From NCBI GenBank assembly GCA_963754315.1, contig CAVWFS010000014.1, positions 64,001-128,000 of the forward strand: a stretch of 64,000 nt of DNA, in the 5' to 3' direction. Shown piece by piece: positions 39,820 through 48,947 of this stretch; the stretch's first letter is position 1; each line of letters starts with the position of its first letter. The notes beneath the pieces were generated by a model. That model was not told where the DNA came from. It did not search any database and was given only the letters and a program-made list of their open reading frames with translations. Source of the DNA: an uncultured Candidatus Rokubacteria bacterium. GTDB lineage: Bacteria; Methylomirabilota; Methylomirabilia; Rokubacteriales; CSP1-6. The translations under genes were made by a program, and so were the position numbers.

Positions 39820-41232
39820 TCAGGACCCCTGGCGGGTCGCGGTCGGCCGGATGTTCTGGTTGAGGCGAAAGACGTTGTGGGGGTCGTAGCGGTCCTTGAG
39901 GGCCACCAGTCTCGCAAAGGCGGGACCGTAGGCCGTGCGCACCGCATCCTGACTCGCGTCGGCGCCGAGGTAGTTGACGTAGGCTCCGCCAGACATGAAA
40001 GGCCGCATGGCGTCTGACGTGCGCCGCGCCCACTGGATGTTCTTCTCAGCGTCCTCGGGCTGGAAACCACCCGCGATCACGATGAGGTCGAAGGGGGCCG
40101 CGCGATGAACGAACGCCGTCTGGTCAGCGGGAACGCGGCCCATGGCGCCACCCAAATGCTCGAGGTACACCCGCGAGAACGGCGACGGCGACGGGAAATC
40201 GCAATGGTCTAGGAACGTCTCCACGAAGACGGCTCCTCCGAACTGTGCTCCATCGAGATAGCCCGTCCTGTAGTACCAAGCGCCCGGCGGGTTCGTGGCA
40301 TCGAACGCGGTCTGCAACTCGGCGTATGGTATCGGACGCACGGTGTCGAGCAGCGGCCGCCCCAGCCGCCGGAGGGGCTCCACGATGCGCTCTCCTATCT
40401 CGATCCTCCCGCTGTAGCAGACGGCAAGGGCGATGACCGGCGTGCCATCGAACCATGTCGTCACCAAGGCGCCGACCACCAGCTCGTCGGGCGCGGTCAT
40501 CGTCACGTCGCGATATCGTTCGAGCACGTCCCGCCCTCGACGGAGAGGATGAAGAATCAGTCCGGCCAGGACGGTGTCGAGCGGGTGGAGATGGAACTCG
40601 AACGAGGTCACGATCCCGAAGTTTCCGCCGCCTCCGCGGAGGCCCCAGAAGAGATCCGGATGCTCATCGGCGCTGGCGCGGCGCTTCACCCCGTCGGCGG
40701 TGACCAGCTCCACCGCAGCCAGGTTGTCGCAGGCCAATCCGTGCTTGCGCATGAGCCAGCCGTGGCCGCCTCCCAAGGTGAGGCCGGCCACACCGGTCGA
40801 GGAGACGATGCCACCCGTGGTCGCCAGACCGTGGCGCAGGCTTGCGCTATCGACGTCCTTCCAGGTGGCGCCCGGCCCCACCACCACTCGGCGCCCTCGC
40901 GGATCGACGTGCGCTTCCCTCATGGGGGACAGGTCGATCATGAGACCGCCGTCGCACACGGCGTGGCCCGTCACGTTGTGACCGCCTCCCTTCACGGAGA
41001 TCAGGAGGTTGTGCTCGCGCGCGAAACGGACGGCCGTGACCACGTCGCCAACGGCGGCGCAACGGGCGATGAGGGCAGGTCTCCGGTCGATCATCCGATT
41101 CCAGACGGCGCGGGCGTCGGCGTACCCGTCGTCGGCGGGCAGGAGCAGAACACCGGTCAGACTCTTCGCGAAGGCACGGACGACGTGGTCCGGGAGCTCG
41201 ACGTGACCGCTCAGGGTGGTGGCCTGAATCAC
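39820..41232 (-). CDS. FAD-binding oxidoreductase (berberine bridge enzyme/6-hydroxy-D-nicotine oxidase-like)
   Basis: RRPALIARC, KGGGHN, STGVAGLTLGGGHG, LFWGLRGGGGNFGIV, YVNY, KDRYDPHNVFRLNQNI. Confidence 0.92.
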   Translation of the reverse strand: MIQATTLSGHVELPDHVVRAFAKSLTGVLLLPADDGYADARAVWNRMIDRRPALIARCAAVGDVVTAVRFAREHNLLISVKGGGHNVTGHAVCDGGLMIDLSPMREAHVDPRGRRVVVGPGATWKDVDSASLRHGLATTGGIVSSTGVAGLTLGGGHGWLMRKHGLACDNLAAVELVTADGVKRRASADEHPDLFWGLRGGGGNFGIVTSFEFHLHPLDTVLAGLILHPLRRGRDVLERYRDVTMTAPDELVVGALVTTWFDGTPVIALAVCYSGRIEIGERIVEPLRRLGRPLLDTVRPIPYAELQTAFDATNPPGAWYYRTGYLDGAQFGGAVFVETFLDHCDFPSPSPFSRVYLEHLGGAMGRVPADQTAFVHRAAPFDLIVIAGGFQPEDAEKNIQWARRTSDAMRPFMSGGAYVNYLGADASQDAVRTAYGPAFARLVALKDRYDPHNVFRLNQNIRPTATRQGS

Positions 41233-41253
41233 GCGCGAGCCTCCCTTGACGCC

Positions 41254-41988
41254 TCAGGCCCGACGCTCGCCTCCGAGGGGGCGTCGAGTCTCATCACGAC
41301 TCGGGTAGATCACGCTCTCCGCGTGACGATACATCCAGTCGACCGCGTCGGGGGCGATGGCGTGGATCTCGGAGCCGGCGGCCACCGCCAGCAGGGTGGT
41401 CATGACGTTGCGGCGGACCTCCGACGTCAGCGTGTTGAGCCGGTGGTACGCCTCGGACACGGTGCGCCCGAGCGTGGTGACCCCGTGATTCTCCATGAGC
41501 ACGGAGTTGGTGTCGTGAATGAAATCACTCACCGGGCCCACGTCCTGTTCCACGTCCAGGTGCGAGGGGACGATGTGGGGCGGCTTGGCCATGACGTAAG
41601 GGAACTCGAGGGACACGATCCGGAGCTCCTTCAGGGCGCCCGAGGCCAGGAGGGCGATCGTCTCGTCGTGATGGACATGGATGACCGCGTGGATGTCGGG
41701 TCGCAGGCGCAGGATCTCCCGATTCAGGTTGTGCCCGACGCTGGTGGGCACGCTACCGTGCAGGAGCGTCGCGGTCGGGATGTCGGTGATGACCACGTTG
41801 TCGAGGGTCATCTCCTCCAGTGAGACTTCGGCGTGCTTGGTATAGGCCACGCCGTGGGCGAAATCGGGGTGCGGCACGCGGATGGCGAGATTGCCGAGCG
41901 AGTTGTGGACGTAGCCACGCGCCACCAGCATGCGCGCATAGCGCAGGAGCAACTGGCCGACCCCCTTGTCGAACCTCACGGTGGCCAT
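41254..41988 (-). CDS. class II aldolase/adducin family protein
   Basis: GNLAIR, RPDIHAVIHVH, LMENHGV..LG. Confidence 0.85.
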   Translation of the reverse strand: MATVRFDKGVGQLLLRYARMLVARGYVHNSLGNLAIRVPHPDFAHGVAYTKHAEVSLEEMTLDNVVITDIPTATLLHGSVPTSVGHNLNREILRLRPDIHAVIHVHHDETIALLASGALKELRIVSLEFPYVMAKPPHIVPSHLDVEQDVGPVSDFIHDTNSVLMENHGVTTLGRTVSEAYHRLNTLTSEVRRNVMTTLLAVAAGSEIHAIAPDAVDWMYRHAESVIYPSRDETRRPLGGERRA

Positions 41989-42018
41989 GGGGTACCCTCC
42001 TGCCGCCCGGCGGCTCCG

Positions 42019-43569
42019 TCAGTTAAGGATCCACTCCTTCTCGAAGCGCGCATAGCAATCGCGCTCACCCGGCATCTTGGGCCAGCCGGCCAGCAGCCGC
42101 ACGGGGGCCAGCAGCAGACGATCCCGCTGATGCGTCGTATGGTGAGCGTATTCCTCGAAGGCCGAGTGGGTGATCTTCTGGTTGTGCGGGTCGTCCTGGA
42201 ACTTGCACGCGGTGAGGGCGACGGCGGTCATGTAGGCGTCGCGGTCGGCACCCGAGCGCAGATAGGCGTCAGCCAGGGCGGTGGTGCGCGGGACGTCGAA
42301 CGCCAGGATGGCCTCGTCGAGCTCCCGCAGCAATGCCGGTCCCGTCCGCCCGGAAGGCTCAAGTCCGGCACACTCGCCCTTGATCACGTCCGTGAACAGC
42401 TTATTGGAGCGCGCCACATCGTTGACGAAGTGGGCCATCAGGTAGAGCAAGCGAGGCTGGTAGGGATTGTCGCTCGTCCGCATCCAGTGGTTGGCCGTGT
42501 TGCAGTAGTCGAAGGGGTGCTGACCGTCCGTGAACTGGCGCGGGACCGTAGTGCGCAGGATCAGCTCGGCTGCGCCCACCTGGATGGTGTCGCCCAGGCT
42601 CCGAATGGATTTGCCGTTCTTGAGGTGGGCGGTCACCTGATCCCACACCGTCGGTCCATCGGCCTCCATGAGCAGGCGAACCATCTCGTCCACCTCGAGG
42701 GGGGTCAGCGGAGTCTTGTTCGTCTGCTTGAGGCTCTTACCGGCATCCGCGAAGTCGTTGGCCAGGATCACACAGGCCGCGTCGTACAGCGAGTAGTACA
42801 GAGGACCGACGGCCATGTCGGGGACGCCCATGTAGTACACGCCGTGTGCCCCGTCCCAGCCGATGACGTCCGCAAGGTCGGTCACGGCTCGGGCCCGCAA
42901 AGCCTTGTGGCCCGTGTTGCGGGCCTTGCGGCCGGCCACCGTGTCCTGCAGGTCGATGAGACCCAGGAAGAGCAGCTGATCGCGGAGGAGCGGGCGCAGA
43001 TTTTCCTCGGCCGCCAGACCAAGGAAGAGCCCATAGGACCGCCGCACGTCGCCGCTCATGGTGGCGATGAGGTGCCCGTGCAGGCGCTCGGCGACGGGGC
43101 CTTCCTCGATGATGGGGTCCTCGTCGTGGTTCCACACCACCGGGCCGTGGCGCGGGGGCGGCACCTCGTAGCCTTTCATGGTGGCGTAGCGCCCCGGGTA
43201 GCGGGCGAGCAGCTGGTTCCAGATGTCGAGGCCGGCGGGAATGTACCAGACGCTCTGCAGGAGCGGGAGCAAGCGATAGGGCTCGGGGAGAAAGGGCGCC
43301 AGACTCGTCGCCGTGCGCAGGCCAAGGATGGTGTGGTCGTTGTTGATGAGGGTAATGCTCCCGTCGCGAACGTTGATGTGGCTTGGCACCTGCACGAAGG
43401 GCGCTTCGGCTTCCGTCACCGCACCGAGGGCGTCGCCCAGGGAGCGGCCCTGTCGCCGCACCATCTGGAAGAACAGATCGGCCGTGCGAGGCTGATCCCG
43501 CTCCAGAATGGCTTCGGCCAGGGTGTCAACCGACTTGTCCCGACGAATCTGATCGCGCGTCTGAGGCAT
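42019..43569 (-). CDS. four-repeat alpha-helical protein, putative questin oxidase/BTG13-like non-heme iron oxygenase
   Basis: 516 aa with GGGAGAGG RBS; four similar helical units each ending in a His motif (NNDH, NTGH, DGQH, DDPHNQK). The CDS is secure; the function is inferred. Confidence 0.7.
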   Translation of the reverse strand: MPQTRDQIRRDKSVDTLAEAILERDQPRTADLFFQMVRRQGRSLGDALGAVTEAEAPFVQVPSHINVRDGSITLINNDHTILGLRTATSLAPFLPEPYRLLPLLQSVWYIPAGLDIWNQLLARYPGRYATMKGYEVPPPRHGPVVWNHDEDPIIEEGPVAERLHGHLIATMSGDVRRSYGLFLGLAAEENLRPLLRDQLLFLGLIDLQDTVAGRKARNTGHKALRARAVTDLADVIGWDGAHGVYYMGVPDMAVGPLYYSLYDAACVILANDFADAGKSLKQTNKTPLTPLEVDEMVRLLMEADGPTVWDQVTAHLKNGKSIRSLGDTIQVGAAELILRTTVPRQFTDGQHPFDYCNTANHWMRTSDNPYQPRLLYLMAHFVNDVARSNKLFTDVIKGECAGLEPSGRTGPALLRELDEAILAFDVPRTTALADAYLRSGADRDAYMTAVALTACKFQDDPHNQKITHSAFEEYAHHTTHQRDRLLLAPVRLLAGWPKMPGERDCYARFEKEWILN

Positions 43570-43681
43570 CGATCCTCTCCCTGAGGGGCAGGGCACGTCG
43601 CCGCTCTGCATCGCGCTCCGCCGACGGCCCTCTCACCCGCAGCTATGCTCCTCCGGAGGTGGCTCCCGCGTCAAGCCGCGC

Positions 43682-43710
43682 TTGACGGATCAGCAGGCCA
43701 GGGCTAGGGT
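43682..43710 (+). promoter_or_regulatory. putative sigma70 promoter overlapping an 8-bp inverted repeat
   Basis: TTGACG-17bp-TAGGGT; palindrome CGTCAAGC-cgc-GCTTGACG at 43669-43687. Confidence 0.55.
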
Positions 43711-43748
43711 TCCGACGGTATTCACGCAGGATGCACGGAGGAGATGAC

Positions 43749-44039
43749 ATGGCGATCCGACTGGTCATTACCATCACCGCCGCCCCCGGCAAGGGCTCCG
43801 ACCTCGCCCAGGTTCTCAAGACTCGCTGCGCGGAGGTCATGAAAGAACCAGGCTGCCAGCAGTTCGAGGCCTTTCAGAGCGTCGTGAACCCCGATCGGCT
43901 TACCTTGCTAGAGCGTTGGGCCGATCAGGCCGCCCTCGACGCGCACGCCCAATTGAACCGCACCCGTCCTCCACTGCGGCCGGAGCTCCGGGTGGGAGAC
44001 GGTGAACGCGAGGACTACGAATATACCCGGACCCGCTAG
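43749..44039 (+). CDS. antibiotic biosynthesis monooxygenase (ABM)/quinol monooxygenase family
   Basis: A.PGKG, EPGC.QF, LLERWADQAALDAH; GGAGGAG RBS. Confidence 0.87.
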   Translation: MAIRLVITITAAPGKGSDLAQVLKTRCAEVMKEPGCQQFEAFQSVVNPDRLTLLERWADQAALDAHAQLNRTRPPLRPELRVGDGEREDYEYTRTR

Positions 44040-44071
44040 GACGGACTGACACCGACCACGGAGAACGCCCG

Positions 44072-44473
44072 ATGACCCTCGATCTCAGCGGCATCTCGGA
44101 GCAATTCAAGGGCACGCTCGGGGAACTCCTCGGGATTCGGTTCGTCGAGGCAAGCGCCGACCGCCTGGTGGCGGAACTCACGTACCGGGCCGAGCTGACC
44201 ACCGTAGGCGGCAGCCTCCATGGCGGCACCCTGATGGCCTTCGCCGACACGGTGGGGGCCGCTGCGACCGTGCTGAACTTGCCGCCTGGGGCCGGCACCA
44301 CCACCCTCGAGTCCAAGACCAACTTCTTCGCCGCCGGACGCGCGGGAACGATCCGCGCGGAAGCCACTCCCCTGCACCGTGGAAAGCGCACGATGGTATG
44401 GCAGACGCGGATCACCGACGAGGGAGGGCGCCTGCTGTCATTAACGATCCAGACCCAGATGGTACTGACCTGA
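44072..44473 (+). CDS. PaaI family hotdog thioesterase
   Basis: LHGGTLMAFAD, TTLESKTNF, PLHRGKRT.VW. Confidence 0.9.
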   Translation: MTLDLSGISEQFKGTLGELLGIRFVEASADRLVAELTYRAELTTVGGSLHGGTLMAFADTVGAAATVLNLPPGAGTTTLESKTNFFAAGRAGTIRAEATPLHRGKRTMVWQTRITDEGGRLLSLTIQTQMVLT

Positions 44474-44591
44474 AGGGACGGTCGGTCGCCCGCTAGCGCT
44501 GCGTCACCGTAGTCGCGCACCAGCAGGCATGATACGGTCAGCCATCAGAGGCGTCCGCGAGGGCCGCCTACTTTCTGTCGGGAGTCGAGCC

Positions 44592-45674
44592 ATGCGCGTC
44601 CGTGCTCCTCAGATCGAACGTCAACTCGTCTCCGTGCTCCGCGCGTGGGGCATGTCGGATCCCCACGCGGAGACGACCGCCCAGGCGATGGTGGAAACCG
44701 ATCTGCGCGGAGTCGACTCGCACGGCATCTCGATGCTCCCCACCTACGATCAGGAATTCCGTCAGGGCAGACTCAACATGCGTCCGCTGTTCAAGACCGT
44801 GCGCGAGGCGCCGGCCATGGCCCTCATCGACGCCGATGCATCACTGGGGCATCCCGTCTCGACGTATGCCATGAATCTGGCCGTCGACAAGTGCCTGGTC
44901 ACCGGGGTGGCGGTGGTGTCGGTGTTCAACTCCCATCACTTCGGCGCCGCGGGCTGCTACGCGACGATCGCCGCTGAGCGCGGTGTGATCGGCATGGTGA
45001 CCTCAGCGACCCGTGGGATCACCCTGGTGCCGACGTTCGCGGCCGAGCCCGTGATGGGAACCAATCCTCTCGCCTTCGCCGCTCCCGCCCGGCGCAATCC
45101 GCCGTTCCAGCTGGACATGGCGACCACGACCGTGGCCGCGGGTAAGGTGAAGGTCTACAAGCTCAACCACAAGCCGGTCCCGTCCGGCTGGGTCGTCGAC
45201 GGAGACGGTCAGGCTGTGACCGACGCGGAGCAGGCGTTTCGTCACGTGTTCTCCGAACCGGACGGGGGCATCACACCACTCGGAGGCACTCGTGACCTCG
45301 GCAGCCACAAGGGCTACGGCCTCGCCGTCATGGTGCATATTCTGGCCGGCACCCTGGCCGGCGCCTCCTTCTCGCCCCTGCGCAATCGCACGCAACGGCC
45401 CTCCGATCCCCACAACATCGGGCACTTCTTCCTGGCCATCGATCCCCATGCTTTCCGGGACGACGGTGCTTTCGAGGAGGACCTCGATCAGGTGATCGAC
45501 GTGCTGCACGGCGCCAAGCGAGCCGACCCAGCGGAGCCCGTTCTGGTGGCCGGGGACCCGGAGCTGCTCACGCGGCGGGAGCGGCTCGAGAATGGAGTGC
45601 CCATCCCCGACGATCTGATGGAGCAGCTCCGCGCCGTGGTGAGCCGCGCCGGGGTGCCGTTCGTCCTCGGCTGA
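44592..45674 (+). CDS. Ldh_2 family oxidoreductase (malate/L-lactate/ureidoglycolate dehydrogenase-like)
   Basis: DLRGVDSHG, NSHHFG, GTNPLAF, LDMATT, HKGYGL. Confidence 0.9.
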   Translation: MRVRAPQIERQLVSVLRAWGMSDPHAETTAQAMVETDLRGVDSHGISMLPTYDQEFRQGRLNMRPLFKTVREAPAMALIDADASLGHPVSTYAMNLAVDKCLVTGVAVVSVFNSHHFGAAGCYATIAAERGVIGMVTSATRGITLVPTFAAEPVMGTNPLAFAAPARRNPPFQLDMATTTVAAGKVKVYKLNHKPVPSGWVVDGDGQAVTDAEQAFRHVFSEPDGGITPLGGTRDLGSHKGYGLAVMVHILAGTLAGASFSPLRNRTQRPSDPHNIGHFFLAIDPHAFRDDGAFEEDLDQVIDVLHGAKRADPAEPVLVAGDPELLTRRERLENGVPIPDDLMEQLRAVVSRAGVPFVLG

Positions 45675-45744
45675 CATGGGGTACCATGCGAGCGCGGCGG
45701 GTCGATCGGGAGTCTTCACCACTACAGTTCAGGGAGATTGAACC

Positions 45745-46503
45745 ATGAGTGTGCTTCCCAAAGTTGCCATCGTGACGGGCGCGGGTTCCGGCATCGGCAA
45801 GGCGGCCGCCCTTGCGCTGCTCCAGGATGGGTATCACGTCGCTCTGGCCGGACGCCGCAAGGATCGCCTCGAGCAGGTCGCGTCGGAGGCGGGGTCGGCC
45901 AGCTCCCGGGCGCTGGTCGTCCCCACCGACGTGGCCGATCCGGAGTCGGTGCGGGCGCTCTTCGCGCGGACCAAGGAGGCATTCGGCCGTCTCGATTTGC
46001 TGTTCAACAATGCCGGCGTGGGCGCCCCCGGAGTCCCGCTCGAGGACCTGACCTACGAGCAGTGGAAGTCGGTGGTGGACATCAATCTCACCGGCTCTTT
46101 CCTGTGCACGCAGGAAGCATTCAAGATCATGAAGAGCCAAGAGCCACGAGGGGGGCGAATCATCAACAACGGGTCCATTTCCGCACACGCCCCGCGACCG
46201 AACTCATCCCCCTACACCTCGACCAAGCATGCCATCACGGGGCTCACCAAGGCGACATCGCTGGACGGCCGCAAGTACGACATCGCCTGCGGCCAGATCG
46301 ACATCGGCAACGCCTTGACCGACCTAGCCGCCCGGATGGCCAAGGGTGTTCCTCAGGCGAACGGGACGGTCGCGGTAGAGCCCCTCTTCGACGTGGCGCA
46401 CGTCGCCAATGCTGTGCTCAGCATGGCCCGCTTGCCACTCGACACGAACATCCAGTTCATGACGATCATGGCCACCAAGATGCCGTTCGTCGGTCGCGGC
46501 TGA
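45745..46503 (+). CDS. short-chain dehydrogenase/reductase
   Basis: [20 protein letters not shown]. Confidence 0.92.
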   Translation: MSVLPKVAIVTGAGSGIGKAAALALLQDGYHVALAGRRKDRLEQVASEAGSASSRALVVPTDVADPESVRALFARTKEAFGRLDLLFNNAGVGAPGVPLEDLTYEQWKSVVDINLTGSFLCTQEAFKIMKSQEPRGGRIINNGSISAHAPRPNSSPYTSTKHAITGLTKATSLDGRKYDIACGQIDIGNALTDLAARMAKGVPQANGTVAVEPLFDVAHVANAVLSMARLPLDTNIQFMTIMATKMPFVGRG

Positions 46504-46521
46504 GCCCGGCCGGATCGATAG

Positions 46522-47727
46522 TCAGGGGCGGCGACGCTCGGCGGCCAGCTCGGCGCTGAGCGCCTCCGCCAGACGCGCGTAGTGCTGGGGGCCGTTGTAG
46601 AGTTGCGCAGAGATCCGAAGGAGCCGATGCGGCGCCGCCGGCCAGCTCATCACGGGCACTTCGATCTTCCACTCCTCGAACAGCCGGGCTTGGAGCGGAT
46701 CGAGCCGACGCCAGCGGGCCTCGGTCACCTGCCCGTCGGGCAGACAAATGCTGGCAATGGAGCCGACCATCTCGTCAGGGCACGGCAGCGCCGAACCGGC
46801 AGCGGCGCACAGAAGCCGGCGAGCTTCGAGCGCTAGCCCGCGATTGCGCGCCATGAGCGCCGGCCACCCCCCCGGCACCAGCGACCCGAGATAGTCGAGC
46901 GCCCGCGCCACCGTGAGCCAGGCGGTGGGATCGTCCGTTCCCGTCCAGTCGAACTCCAGCCGAAAGCGCGAGCGCCCCGGTCGCACGGCGTTGGCGCCAT
47001 GGCTGATGGTGAGCGGCCGTACGTCCTTCTGGCGATCGCGGCGCACCCAGAGGAAGGCCGTCCCTTTCGGGGCGCAGAGCCATTTGTGGCAGTTGCCACT
47101 GTAGTAGGTGGCCCCGAGTGTTTCGAGGTCGAGGGGAACCATCCCGGGCGCGTGGGCGCCATCGACGATGACATCCACACCTCGCGCGCTCAGCTCGGTG
47201 ATCAGGCGCTCGATAGGAAGGACGAGGGCTGTGGGGCTCGTGATGTGATCGAGCAGGGCCAGCCTGGTACGCGGGGATATGGCCGCGAGCACGGCCTCCG
47301 GAAAGGCTGCCGCGGAGGTGACGGGAAACGGCACCTTGACCACAACGAGGCGAGCACCGGCCTGGCCGGCCACGAAGTCGAGGGCGTTCTTGCAAGCGTT
47401 GTAGGCGTGGTCGGTGGTGACCAGCTCGTCACCCGGGGAGAAGACAAGCGAGCGCAGCACCGTGTTGACCCCGCTCGTCGCGTTCGAGACGAAGGCAAGG
47501 TCGTCGGGATCGGCGCCGACGAAAGCGGCCAGTGCCTGACGGGCGGCGTCCAGACGCTCGTCCAACTCGCGCGAAAGGAAGCGCACAGGCTCGGCTTCCA
47601 TCTCCGCCCGTAGCGCGGCCTGGTGGCGCAGGACCTCGGTTGGACAGGCCCCGAACGAGCCATGGTTCAGAAAGATCACCCCGGGATCAAGCGACCACTG
47701 CTTCGCCCAATCCGGCTCGGTCATCAT
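46522..47727 (-). CDS. class V PLP-dependent enzyme (isopenicillin N epimerase/EgtE/cysteine desulfhydrase-like)
   Basis: FLNHGSFGACP, NATSG, DHITSPT, VDGAH, GNCHKWLCAPKG, WTGTDD, LRISAQLYN. Confidence 0.88.
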   Translation of the reverse strand: MMTEPDWAKQWSLDPGVIFLNHGSFGACPTEVLRHQAALRAEMEAEPVRFLSRELDERLDAARQALAAFVGADPDDLAFVSNATSGVNTVLRSLVFSPGDELVTTDHAYNACKNALDFVAGQAGARLVVVKVPFPVTSAAAFPEAVLAAISPRTRLALLDHITSPTALVLPIERLITELSARGVDVIVDGAHAPGMVPLDLETLGATYYSGNCHKWLCAPKGTAFLWVRRDRQKDVRPLTISHGANAVRPGRSRFRLEFDWTGTDDPTAWLTVARALDYLGSLVPGGWPALMARNRGLALEARRLLCAAAGSALPCPDEMVGSIASICLPDGQVTEARWRRLDPLQARLFEEWKIEVPVMSWPAAPHRLLRISAQLYNGPQHYARLAEALSAELAAERRRP

Positions 47728-47731
47728 GGGA

Positions 47732-48511
47732 TCAATCGAGGATGATGCCCCCGTCGACGTTGAATGATTGCCCGGTGATGTTCCGGGCGCCGGAGGAAGC
47801 CAGAAAGACGGCGAGGGCGGCGACGTCCTCGGGAGTATTGGGCCGTCCGAGCGGAATGCCAGCATTCCGGCGGCGGGCCATCTCCTCGACGCTCAGACCC
47901 TCTTCCCGCGCTCGCGAGCGAAGGTTGTCCTCGGAGAGCGCGGTGACCGTGGTGCCGGGACAGATGGCGTTCACATTGATGTTGTGCCTGGCCAGCTGCA
48001 GAGCGGCGATGCGTGTGAGACTGATGACCGCCCCCTTGCTGGCCGCATAGATGGCATTCGACGTGCCCGCGTAGCCCTTGCCGGCGATGGACGCGATGTT
48101 GACGATCACCCCGCTCCGGCGGGGAATCATCTCGCGCGCCACCCGTTGCAGGCAGAAGAAGACCCCCTTACCGTTGACGCGCATGATGCGGTCCCAGTCC
48201 GCCTCGGTCAGATCCATGATGTAGGCGCGGCGGGTGACACCCGCATTGTTCACGAGAATGTCAATGTGGCCGAAGTTCTCGGCAACCCGACGCGTCATCT
48301 GATCGATGCTCGCCAGATCGCCGACATCCGCGTCGAGAACGAGGCTCTTCCGGCCCAGCCCGATGACGGCCGTCGCCGTCGTCTCGACCGCGCCCTTGTC
48401 CAGGTCCGCCACGGCCACGTGGGCGCCCGCCTGCGCCAGGGCCAGGGCGGTGGCCTTTCCAATGCCTTGTCCAGCTCCGGTTACGATGGCCACGCGGTCC
48501 GCGAGGATCAT
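47732..48511 (-). CDS. short-chain dehydrogenase/reductase (acetoin/sorbitol dehydrogenase-like)
   Basis: TGAGQGIG, NNAG, YAASK, NAICPG, ITGQSFNVDGG. Confidence 0.92.
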   Translation of the reverse strand: MILADRVAIVTGAGQGIGKATALALAQAGAHVAVADLDKGAVETTATAVIGLGRKSLVLDADVGDLASIDQMTRRVAENFGHIDILVNNAGVTRRAYIMDLTEADWDRIMRVNGKGVFFCLQRVAREMIPRRSGVIVNIASIAGKGYAGTSNAIYAASKGAVISLTRIAALQLARHNINVNAICPGTTVTALSEDNLRSRAREEGLSVEEMARRRNAGIPLGRPNTPEDVAALAVFLASSGARNITGQSFNVDGGIILD

Positions 48512-48530
48512 GGTCGGTCTCCTCGACGCC

Positions 48531-48848
48531 CTACTGCTTGCCCCAGTACGCGCGGGCGGCCGGGAAAACGGGCTGGCAGCGGGTCGCCTGCGTGGGTCCG
48601 TCCAGGCTGTCGGCGGCCGCCCGCCAGACGGCGTAGTGCGGCGCGGCGCGATGGGCCTCCAGGGCAGCCTCGTCCTTGTAGACCTCATAGAAGTAGTAGA
48701 CGTTCTGGTCTTGAGCGTCCTGCAACACGTTGAAGCGCAGACAGCCCGGCTCGTCCCGTTCCGAGCCGAGGGCGTCCACCTCGATGGCCTTCAGGAACCG
48801 TTCCCGCTCCGTTGGCTTGATACGCACCTTCACCCAGATCGCGAGCAT
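48531..48848 (-). CDS. ABM family protein (LsrG/quinol monooxygenase-like)
   Basis: DEPGCLRFNVLQD, FYEVYKDEAALEAH..APHY..WR; AAGGAGG RBS. Confidence 0.87.
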   Translation of the reverse strand: MLAIWVKVRIKPTERERFLKAIEVDALGSERDEPGCLRFNVLQDAQDQNVYYFYEVYKDEAALEAHRAAPHYAVWRAAADSLDGPTQATRCQPVFPAARAYWGKQ

Positions 48849-48947
48849 GCTGGCCTCCTTGTCCTGTCGAGTCCCCGACCGTCCGATCCTACCGCACTCT
48901 CCCAGGTAATGCTGGCGACAACCCGACCCGCCGGCGCGCTCTCCGCG

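Noticed and set aside
43704..43714. CTAGGGTTCCG, resembling the 5' motif of ykkC/guanidine-I riboswitches
   Set aside because: The downstream conserved elements are absent, only about 35 nt remain to the start codon, and TAGGGT is explained as a -10 box
46522..47727. Beta-lactam (cefD) or ergothioneine (egtE) pathway assignment
   Set aside because: No other pathway genes in the window; only a family-level call is supportable
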